This document shows positions 10,500-18,790 of a DNA stretch of 64,000 nt, in pieces. The notes beneath the pieces were generated by a model. It had not been told where the DNA came from. It worked only from the letters and a program-made list of their open reading frames with translations, and made no database searches. Position numbers and translations under genes: made by a program. Origin of the DNA: a bacterium. GTDB taxonomy: Bacteria; SAR324; NAC60-12. The stretch's first letter is position 1; each line of letters begins with the position of its first letter. The DNA lies in assembly GCA_965233585.1 (NCBI GenBank), contig CBDDTI010000295.1, positions 64,001-128,000 of the forward strand, written 5' to 3'.

Positions 10500-11259
10500 G
10501 GCATTGTTAAGTAATAAGTGATAGCTGATTATTCCGTTTTGCCATGAACAAAAGAACAGAATATTGTAATGCTTTAAGAGACTTGCTGTAACATTTGGTT
10601 TTCCTTCTCATTCTTGCCAAGAAATGTCTCAAGAGAGAATTATACCCTTCTATCGTGTATGTTTCTGCCTTGGAACATGTATGAATTTCTTTGGGAATGA
10701 CTTGTTTGTAAGCCTTGCAGTGATCAGTCATCACCTGAAGAGGTTTTGTTTCCTTGACCTTGTCCCATAAATGCCTACAGGCTTTTGAGTCTCTGTTTCC
10801 AAGCACATAATTGATAAATTGCTTCCCACGTCTATCAACAGCAATCCAGAGCCAGCAGTAGTTTTTTTTGACTGGATGTAGGTGTGCATTTCATCAATTT
10901 CCATAATTTCAATGTCTGTGTCCTTTCTTAATGCCTTGAGCTGTTCGCCAAAACTACAGACCCAATTATAAACTGAAACATGAGAACAATTCAGCAAACG
11001 ACCGATTGACCTGAAACCAAGACCCTCCAAATACAACTCTAATGCTCTTCTTTTGATCTGTGGTGAGATTTGACCACGATAGGACTTGGTATATTGATAG
11101 TTGCAGGCATTGCAACGCCTCCTCGGTTTACCATATAAAAAACCATTCTTAACCGTCTTCTCACTTTCACATCTAGGACACAACTTCATTGCTACACCAT
11201 GACTATCAATTCAATTAAATGAAATTAATATCGCATATCACTTATAGTTTAACAATACC
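10500..11259 (-). mobile_element. IS1-family insertion sequence, copy 1 (760 bp)
   Basis: Imperfect 24 bp terminal IRs GGCATTGTTAAGTAATAAGTGATA / GGTATTGTTAAACTATAAGTGATA; 8 bp target duplication AAATTTTG (10492-10499, 11260-11267); InsA/InsB-type ORFs. Confidence 0.95.
10507..11189 (-). CDS. IS1 transposase InsAB, expressed by -1 frameshift (InsA frame 10731-11189, InsB frame ending at 10507)
   Basis: CPRC...CNAC zinc ribbon plus HTH; DEMH, TDH and IEGYN DDE residues; slippery A8C at 10861-10869. Confidence 0.9.
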
Positions 11260-11517
11260 AAATTTTGATATAGAGTTGATGATTCAATCCATGTTGTGCA
11301 TCAAGCGGTTACTTTAGCTTTCCTTTGCCAAAGAGGTGTATTGAGAATGTCATACAAATTGGGGACAACAATGAGAGTAAGAAGAAAAGAACCCAACTTT
11401 TTTGCAAAGCTAGGTTTGAGATTTGGACAGCTTTTTTGTAAAAGCTAGAAAAGCTAGGTTTGAGATTTGGAATTGAAAAACCCTAGCCCTTTTGCAAAAG
11501 GCTAGGGAAGGGAGAGA

Positions 11518-13638
11518 TTAGAAAAACGTCCAATCAGAACAACCTGCCAAGTTACATGATCTGACAAAGGCATATGAGTTGGTAGATATAATCTTGGTGG
11601 ATGTGGTACGTCTTATTGAAAAGTCACGAGTGTCCATCAACTGATAGTAAGAAGCCCCTGAGACTGCAGACCAAGAATAGGTATTTCCCCTATGCTTAGC
11701 ATTGGTTGGCTTAGCTGGAGCAGTAGAAAGCAGTGTAATAGATTCAGTGCTAGACCACGAACAAACACCACCAGAATTACAAGTTTGGACTCGGTAGTAG
11801 TAGGTTTTATCCGTACTGACAGAAGTATCTGTGACGTTTGGTGTGGTCTCGGTTGAAACCTTGTGGTCTGATCCACCTACACGGCTATCGGTATCTCTGT
11901 AAATGTGATATTTAGACGCACCTGAAACCCCAGACCAAGTCACCCTCACTTTTCCTGCATTAGGACCACTGTCAAGAATAGACAAACTGATGCTGACAGG
12001 TGGAGGTCCAGTTTTAACAGAAGCCGTGTTAGACCATGAACAACTACCGCTAGAATTACAAGTTTGGATTCGGTAATAGTGGGTTGTATTGGGACTTGGG
12101 TCATCTAGGGTGTCTGGTGAGGTCACAGTTGAAACCTTTCTATCAGAGTCTGTTACAGTGCTGGTGGTGTCTGTATAAATGTGATATTTAGATGCACCTG
12201 AAACCCTAGACCATGTCACAAATACATTTCCATTGACAAAAAGAGACAAACTGATGCTGGCAGGAGAAGGTGGAGACTTAATAGATTTTGCAACAGATTG
12301 ATCAGAACACCCTGCTGCATTACAAGCATCTATCTTGTAGTAATAGGTTGTGTTAGGGGAGGCAGTGGTGTCTGTCTTGTCTGGTGTGTTCTCTGTGCCA
12401 ATTTTAAAGAATCCAAAGCTTGCACGGGTGCTTCTATAAACATTGTAGCTGGTCGCTCCAGTCACGCTATCCCAGTCTATTCTGATCTTTCCTGCACTAG
12501 CATCATCAGCACCAAGTATGAAAACGCTCTTGATTGCTGGGATTGGAGGGGGCAGTGCAACACTAGCAGAAACAACAGAAAGAGATGAGCAACCTGCCAC
12601 ATTGCATGCCTTCACTTTGTAGTAGTAAGTCACCCCGCCGGGTACTGTATCTGTGTAAGCCGTTCCTGAATTGACCGTTCCTACTTTGGAACTAAATGAA
12701 CCACCGCTACTTGTGTCACGATACACTTCATAGCTTGTTGCTCCAGACGCTGCACTCCAAGACACCGTGGTTGCCGTCGCTGAGGCTTTCACCGCTGTCA
12801 GCTTGCTAGGTGCATTGGGTTTTGACAACGCCCCCGACAAATTCACGCCAGCAGAAATAACAGAAAGAGATGAACAACCTGCCGCATTGCATGCCTTCAC
12901 TTTGTAGTAATAAGTTGCCCCTCTAGGTGCTGTATCTGTGTAAGTCGTGCCTGAATTGACTGTCGCTACTTTGGAACTAAATAAACCACCGCTACTTGTG
13001 TCGCTATACACCTCATAACTGGTTGCTCCAGAAACTGCACTCCAAGACACCGTGATTGTTGTTGCAGAGGCTTTCGCTGCTGTCGGTTGAGATGGACTGC
13101 TAGGTGCAGAACCAGATGGCGAATCAGACGGAGAACTTGGTGATGAAGGTGAGCCAGACGGAGAACTTGGAGATGATGGCAGGCTAGCAGGAACAACCTT
13201 GAAGTCTGCATTAAATCTAGCACTCAATACTTTACCTGTCACCTTGCCTGAACCCAGTTTTAAACCCTTGACTTGGACTTTCTTCTCAAAATCTGACTTC
13301 TTATCTAAAATCAAAATCAAAGACCCTGTCTCTGCCTCAGAATCTACTTTGCCATCTTCCTTGTAAACTTTGATAGAAATCAGGTCTTTTTTGTACTGAA
13401 CTTTTAGCTTCTTACCCTGATAAAGGGAATTGATGTTGGAACAACTAATCTTTGCCTCTTTCGCAACATCTTTTTGCAACGTCCCTTCCGCACTAAAGTT
13501 ACATTGGGGCTTCTCTGAACTCTGTGTGCTTTCTTCGCTACTTTCTTCTGCTGGCGGTTGACAAGCCACAAACACAGACATCACTAATCCAAACGAAAGT
13601 TTCCATAATTTCGGAGACTTCTTTACTTCTTCAAACAT
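11518..13638 (-). CDS. FN3-repeat surface lipoprotein, paralog 5 (first in transcription order)
   Basis: Lipobox VFVAC; AGGAGG RBS; 5 FN3 modules plus a terminal module ending GCSDWTFF. Confidence 0.85.
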   Translation of the reverse strand: MFEEVKKSPKLWKLSFGLVMSVFVACQPPAEESSEESTQSSEKPQCNFSAEGTLQKDVAKEAKISCSNINSLYQGKKLKVQYKKDLISIKVYKEDGKVDSEAETGSLILILDKKSDFEKKVQVKGLKLGSGKVTGKVLSARFNADFKVVPASLPSSPSSPSGSPSSPSSPSDSPSGSAPSSPSQPTAAKASATTITVSWSAVSGATSYEVYSDTSSGGLFSSKVATVNSGTTYTDTAPRGATYYYKVKACNAAGCSSLSVISAGVNLSGALSKPNAPSKLTAVKASATATTVSWSAASGATSYEVYRDTSSGGSFSSKVGTVNSGTAYTDTVPGGVTYYYKVKACNVAGCSSLSVVSASVALPPPIPAIKSVFILGADDASAGKIRIDWDSVTGATSYNVYRSTRASFGFFKIGTENTPDKTDTTASPNTTYYYKIDACNAAGCSDQSVAKSIKSPPSPASISLSLFVNGNVFVTWSRVSGASKYHIYTDTTSTVTDSDRKVSTVTSPDTLDDPSPNTTHYYRIQTCNSSGSCSWSNTASVKTGPPPVSISLSILDSGPNAGKVRVTWSGVSGASKYHIYRDTDSRVGGSDHKVSTETTPNVTDTSVSTDKTYYYRVQTCNSGGVCSWSSTESITLLSTAPAKPTNAKHRGNTYSWSAVSGASYYQLMDTRDFSIRRTTSTKIISTNSYAFVRSCNLAGCSDWTFF

Positions 13639-13830
13639 GACTTCCTCCTTACTTCTAATTTAATGAACAAAAAATAAATAAAAAATGAAATTACATTTTA
13701 CATGGTTTTTAGGACGGTTCAAATAAAAAATAATTTTTTATTGTTTTTACAAAAAATTCTTCTGCAGGAAGAGACTTCAGACGATTCATCAAAGTCTTGT
13801 ATGATGACAAGTCTCAAAGGCAGACTTGAA

Positions 13831-16377
13831 TCAAATCAACCAATTTTCGCCAATTCCGATTTCTATTTTTAAGGGAACTTCTAAGAAGATGACATGTTCC
13901 ATGTCTTGTTGAATCAAGGCACAAAGCTCCTGTTGTTCTTCTTTTGGAACATCAAACACTAGCTCATCATGTACAGACAACACCATTTGGGATTGCATCT
14001 TTTTTTGTTGCAAATGGCGGTCAATGTTGACCATCGCCAGTTTGATGATTTCAGCAGCAGAGCCTTGAATGGGGGTGTTGATTGCCGCACCTTCAGCCGC
14101 ACTTTTAGCAAGTCCTTCTCCTTGAATGGCAGGCAAATAACGTCTTCTTCCCATCAAGGTCTGAGCATAGTTTTCTTTGCGGGCAAAGTTTAAAAGCTCT
14201 TCTTGCAAAATGTGAATGCAAGCATATTTTTCAAAAAACTTAGCAATGAAGTCTTTTGCTTGGTCTTTGGAGGTATTGGAGACGTTTGAGAGTTTGTCAG
14301 CCCCCATGCGATAAATGAGACCAAAGTTGACTTCTTTGGCTTTTGACCTCATCTGCCTTGTGACGCCCTCTAATGGAACATTGAAAATGGTTGAGGCTGT
14401 GATGGCATGAATGTCCTCATCGTTACGAAATGCTTGCAAAAACGTTGGGTCTTTGGAAAAGTGAGCGGCAACTCTTAATTCAATTTGACTGTAATCTGCC
14501 TTGATTAAAAGATGGTCTTTGGAAGAAGGTATAAAAAATTGTCTGATCCTTCGCCCATGTTCTGTGCGGATTGGAATATTTTGCAAATTAGGGTGGTCAG
14601 AGGCTAAGCGTCCTGTGGCAGTGGCAGTTTGCTTGAATGAGGAATGAATCCGACCTGTCTGGCTGGCAAACTTTGGCAGTGGCAAGACGTAAGTGTTTTG
14701 AAGTTTAGACAACTCACGGTATTTCAAGAGTAATTGAGGCAGTTCCAGTTGTTGCATTTTGGCAAGGGTTTCTTCATCAGTTGACATGCCATTGCCTGTT
14801 TTAATTTTTTTAGGCTTAATTTGACACTTTTTGTGAAGTTCCAGCTTGTCATAAAGAATTTTCTGCAACTCAACAATAGAATTGATGTTAAAAATCTCTC
14901 CTGATGCTTGGTAGATTTTGGCTGTCAGTGTGTCAAGTTCTGTTGCAAGCTCTTTGGCATATTCTTGACAGGATTCTTGATTGAAACAAACCCCAACTTG
15001 CTCCATTTTTGACAGCACACGGACAAGAGGAAACTCCAAAGTCTCATACAAATCCACTGCACCAATCACTTGGAAACGTTCTTTGAAAAAAGGCGCAAGT
15101 TGCCAAAGCTGTTGAATGTATTGATGCCCAGCATGCTCCACTTTAGGGAGGTCATTTGTCTGTGAGGTGAGATGAGCTACCAGCTGCACGTCAAACAAGT
15201 CAACCTGTTGCCAGTCTATCTCAAAATGCTGTAAGCCACGATAAAGCTCTTTGGCATCTTTGACAATAACCTGACGAGAACCATCAAAGCATCGTCCAAA
15301 AAACGACACTAATTGCTCTTTGGAAAAATCCTTAAACCCAATGTCGCACACTTGATTTGATTGGTAGCAAACCGAAACACCTGACACCGCATCTGAATCA
15401 GTACAATAGTTGAGACTGATTGCAAAATTTTTGACGACTTGTAGTAATTCATCAAGCTGTTTGAGAGTTTCAACAGCAATCACCTCTGTTTGTTCAGAAA
15501 CAACAGGTTTGGTTTTTTTCAGTGAGAATTGTTTCAACAAAGAGGGGAACTCTAACTCCTCTAAAATTCCAATCAATTCGTCATTGCCTTCTAGGAGTGT
15601 TGGGTCAAACTGCATGGCGTCCCAGTCAAAATCAATAGGGACATCACGTCTGATGGTGGCTAATTTCTGTGAAAGCCAAGCATTGTCTTGGGAGCGGATT
15701 AAATTCTCTTGAACCCTTTTCTGTCGGATTGCACTGATGTTGTCATAAATACCTTGCATTGAACCATACTCTGCCAGCAGCTTTTTTGCAGTTTTTTCAC
15801 CAATGCCTGCTACACCGGGAATGTTATCGGAGCTATCACCTATCAAACCAAGTGCATCAGGAACGTATTGAGGGCTACAACCAAATTTTTCAAAAACTGC
15901 CTCTTGGTCTAGCAAATCACCTGCTGAATTGAGAATGCGGGTAGTGTCAGAAACAAGTTGCAAGTAGTCTTTGTCATTGGTCAAGATGATGGTTTCCATT
16001 GTTTTTTGTTCTGCAAGGCTTGAAAGTGAGCCGATGATGTCATCAGCTTCCCAGCCGATTTGAGTCCAATAGGGAATGTCTAGGCTTTTTGCAAAACGTT
16101 TCAAGTATGGGAATTGGGCAATCAAATCTTCAGGAGTCTGCTGACGTGTCGCCTTGTATTGCGGGAAGATTTCATGCCTAAAAGTAGGTTCTGGCAAATC
16201 TGATGCCAGTGCAAAGTAGTCTGGTTTTTCTTTTTTAAGTAGGGTTAAGATTTGTTTAAAAAATCCATGCAAGGCACTGACGTTCATGCCTTTAGAATTG
16301 ATCAAAGGTCGGTGAATCAAGGCAAAATGATGACGATAGAGCAGTGCCATGCAATCTACTGCAAACAAACGTCTCAT
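13831..16377 (-). CDS. polA: DNA polymerase I
   Basis: 5'-3' exonuclease (EADD, GDSSDNIPGV); polymerase motifs TGRLAS, PNLQNIP, DYSQIELR, VHDEL; short, degenerate 3'-5' exonuclease region. Confidence 0.97.
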   Translation of the reverse strand: MRRLFAVDCMALLYRHHFALIHRPLINSKGMNVSALHGFFKQILTLLKKEKPDYFALASDLPEPTFRHEIFPQYKATRQQTPEDLIAQFPYLKRFAKSLDIPYWTQIGWEADDIIGSLSSLAEQKTMETIILTNDKDYLQLVSDTTRILNSAGDLLDQEAVFEKFGCSPQYVPDALGLIGDSSDNIPGVAGIGEKTAKKLLAEYGSMQGIYDNISAIRQKRVQENLIRSQDNAWLSQKLATIRRDVPIDFDWDAMQFDPTLLEGNDELIGILEELEFPSLLKQFSLKKTKPVVSEQTEVIAVETLKQLDELLQVVKNFAISLNYCTDSDAVSGVSVCYQSNQVCDIGFKDFSKEQLVSFFGRCFDGSRQVIVKDAKELYRGLQHFEIDWQQVDLFDVQLVAHLTSQTNDLPKVEHAGHQYIQQLWQLAPFFKERFQVIGAVDLYETLEFPLVRVLSKMEQVGVCFNQESCQEYAKELATELDTLTAKIYQASGEIFNINSIVELQKILYDKLELHKKCQIKPKKIKTGNGMSTDEETLAKMQQLELPQLLLKYRELSKLQNTYVLPLPKFASQTGRIHSSFKQTATATGRLASDHPNLQNIPIRTEHGRRIRQFFIPSSKDHLLIKADYSQIELRVAAHFSKDPTFLQAFRNDEDIHAITASTIFNVPLEGVTRQMRSKAKEVNFGLIYRMGADKLSNVSNTSKDQAKDFIAKFFEKYACIHILQEELLNFARKENYAQTLMGRRRYLPAIQGEGLAKSAAEGAAINTPIQGSAAEIIKLAMVNIDRHLQQKKMQSQMVLSVHDELVFDVPKEEQQELCALIQQDMEHVIFLEVPLKIEIGIGENWLI

Positions 16378-17207
16378 GCCCCAACCTCAAGGTAAGACTT
16401 AAGAAAAACCAAAATCGTCTGGCTAAACTTAGGACCGCGTCTGAAGAAGAATTGTTGAGCTTGGGAATACTCCAACATCTCTGCTTTTCCTTGCAAAATG
16501 AGTTCTCCGTTGGAATCACGTTGCGGCTTGGTCTTTTTGCCACTGACAAAAATGACAGCCTCAAAGTCAATCGCTTCAATGTCAATGATGAGTCTTGATG
16601 CAGCTAGGGTCAAAGGAAGGTGAAAGGCACGTTCTACAAAATGGAATCCCACAAACTCTGCAACAGCCTGAATGTCACTTTCAGACATGTTCACAGCATA
16701 AGTCATCATGTCTTGGCGGAATTGCTCAAACAATGGTCCTTTTCTCTTGAGGTATTTTAAAGGGATTGATTGTGTTTCAGAATATTTGACAACCATGTCC
16801 TGGAACAAATCAAAGAAGCTCCGACCACCCAAAACGGGTTCATACTGCAAAAATTGTGAGATAAAATCATTGACAATGGCACGTCCTCTTTTCAACCTCT
16901 GTAAACTTTCAACACGAACGGTGAGACGGTCTAGTTCTGCCAGCAATGCTTTGTTTTGTTCTTCAAGAGACTGCCGAGCCACGTCACCGCTTTCTATCAG
17001 CTGTTGAAGCTTTGTTACTTCAATATTGTCTGGTTCAGAAGTTTCAGGTTCAGAGTTGAAAGCAGGTTGCTGTTTGGAAATTTGGACTTCAAGGGCTTGA
17101 ATTTGACGTTGCTTCCACTGGGAATAAAGCCAATACGAGCCAAAAGCAAAAGTGACCAGTAAAATCAGCAGGAGTGAGACCCAACGAAAAGTGGTAGAAT
17201 CAGACAT
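16374..17207 (-). CDS. Hypothetical membrane-anchored coiled-coil protein
   Basis: N-terminal TM helix and coiled coil; overlaps the argG stop and polA start. Confidence 0.7.
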   Translation of the reverse strand: MSDSTTFRWVSLLLILLVTFAFGSYWLYSQWKQRQIQALEVQISKQQPAFNSEPETSEPDNIEVTKLQQLIESGDVARQSLEEQNKALLAELDRLTVRVESLQRLKRGRAIVNDFISQFLQYEPVLGGRSFFDLFQDMVVKYSETQSIPLKYLKRKGPLFEQFRQDMMTYAVNMSESDIQAVAEFVGFHFVERAFHLPLTLAASRLIIDIEAIDFEAVIFVSGKKTKPQRDSNGELILQGKAEMLEYSQAQQFFFRRGPKFSQTILVFLKSYLEVGA

Positions 17208-18430
17208 CAGCTTTGGTGACGGTTTCGGACGTGATGAATCGTGCGGAGTGGCAAAGCATTTAAGCGAATGAATCCATCAGCATCTTGCGGACAATAATTG
17301 CCCTCATCTGCTTCCATCGTTGCAATGTCTTCATCATACAAGCTATTTGGAGATTGACGACCTGTGACGTAACACCCCCCACGATAAAGCTCAAGACGCA
17401 CTGTACCTGACACTTGCTTTTGAGTCTCTTTGACCATTGACAACAAAACTTCCATTTCAGGCGAGAACCAAAAACCATCGTAAACTAATTTTGCAAAACG
17501 AGGCATCAAGGTATCTTTCAAATTGATTACACCACGGTCTAAGGTAATAGATTCCATGGCACGATGAGCTACATGTAAAATAGTGCCTCCGGGCGTTTCG
17601 TAAACTCCACGTGATTTCATTCCAACAAAACGAGACTCTACCAAATCCATTCTGCCCACACCATGCCGACCACCTAAATCATTCAAACGATGTAATAATT
17701 GAGCAGGTGACAGAGGTTCTCCATTGACTTTAACAGGCACACCTTCTTGAAAATCAATCAGAAGCTCTTCACGTTCATCAGGAGCGTCCCAAGCAGATTG
17801 AGTCAGCTCAAACATGTTTTGTTGTGGTGCAGTCCAGGGGTCTTCTAACATGCCTGATTCAAAGCTGATGTGCATCAAATTTTCATCAGAACTCCAAGGG
17901 CGTTCAAGTGATGCCTGAATTTTTAAATCATGCCGTTCAGCATATTCAATCAATTCTTTTCTGCCGGGATATTTTTGATAAAAGTCTGGAATTTTCCAAG
18001 GTGCAACAACTTTGATCTGTGGTTGCAGTGCGTAATAGCTTAACTCAAAGCGGACTTGATCGTTGCCCTTGCCTGTTGCTCCATGACCTACAAAGGTTGC
18101 CCCTTCCTGCTGTGCAACTTCAATCTGTTTTTTAGCAATCAAAGGACGAGCCAAAGACGTTCCCAGCAAATAGCAACCCTCATACATGGCATTCCACTGA
18201 ATAGCAGGAAAGACGTAGTCTTTGACAAACTCTTCTTCTGCCTTTTCAACCATGACCTTTGAAGCCCCTGCACGTTTTCCACGCCTTGAAATCTCCTCTA
18301 AATCGTCAATTTTCTGTCCCAAATCCACACATACGGCAATCACTTCATAACCTTGCGAAGCCAGCCAATGTGTCAGAACTGAGGTGTCTAAACCGCCTGA
18401 ATAGGCTAATGCTAATTTCCCTTGACTCAT
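17207..18430 (-). CDS. argG: Argininosuccinate synthase
   Basis: LAYSGGLDTS, HGATGKGNDQVRFE, GMKSRGVYETPGG; start at MSQGK with GGAG RBS. Confidence 0.97.
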   Translation of the reverse strand: MSQGKLALAYSGGLDTSVLTHWLASQGYEVIAVCVDLGQKIDDLEEISRRGKRAGASKVMVEKAEEEFVKDYVFPAIQWNAMYEGCYLLGTSLARPLIAKKQIEVAQQEGATFVGHGATGKGNDQVRFELSYYALQPQIKVVAPWKIPDFYQKYPGRKELIEYAERHDLKIQASLERPWSSDENLMHISFESGMLEDPWTAPQQNMFELTQSAWDAPDEREELLIDFQEGVPVKVNGEPLSPAQLLHRLNDLGGRHGVGRMDLVESRFVGMKSRGVYETPGGTILHVAHRAMESITLDRGVINLKDTLMPRFAKLVYDGFWFSPEMEVLLSMVKETQKQVSGTVRLELYRGGCYVTGRQSPNSLYDEDIATMEADEGNYCPQDADGFIRLNALPLRTIHHVRNRHQS

Positions 18431-18591
18431 GTTTTCTTCTCCAAATTTTTGATAAAAATCAACCAGTCTATCACTCTTGCAAGAGTTTGAATATAGGATT
18501 TCAAACTCCAAATGCACTTCAGTCAAACAAACTTCCAAAAGACTCTATCTTCGGTTTTGAGTTTTGAAAAAAGATTTTTTCCATGAATGAC

Positions 18592-18620
18592 TTGTCTTTT
18601 AAAAAAATAAGTGCCATACT
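18592..18620 (+). promoter_or_regulatory. Putative sigma70 promoter for rpoBC
   Basis: TTGTCT-N17-CATACT about 170 nt upstream of rpoB in a divergent intergenic region. Confidence 0.55.
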
Positions 18621-18765
18621 AGAGGGTTTTGGTTTCTATGGCAAATTTCTGTGCTGCTCCCCTTTTTTTCAAAATTTTTGAGTCTTCCTTTGGTCTTCAT
18701 CAATTCTCTGACATGTTCTGAATTTGGGGAGGTCTCCCTTGCCAGCAAAGAAAGCCTCTTTTTTT
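18621..18765 (+). other. Candidate structured rpoB leader (nested rod-like hairpin followed by a T run)
   Basis: Nested complementary segments AGAGG/CCTCT, TTTCT/AGAAA, TGGCAA/TTGCCA, CTCCCC/GGGGAG, then T7. Confidence 0.4.
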
Positions 18766-18790
18766 AACTTTATGTTTAGGATTAGATAGT

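Noticed and set aside
1127..13638. Diversity-generating retroelement, integron or shufflon explanation for the FN3 array
   Set aside because: No reverse transcriptase, integrase or invertase in the window; no template/variable repeat pair with adenine-specific differences; no attC-type ends recognised; all genes face the same way and have their own promoters
15050..15500. Degenerate PolA 3'-5' exonuclease domain as a novelty
   Set aside because: Loss of the proofreading motifs is common among bacterial PolA proteins
3284..18538. Longer N-termini in the ORF track for FN3 paralogs 1-3 and argG
   Set aside because: RBS position, paralog alignment and promoter placement support the downstream ATGs (3283, 6023, 8464, 18430)
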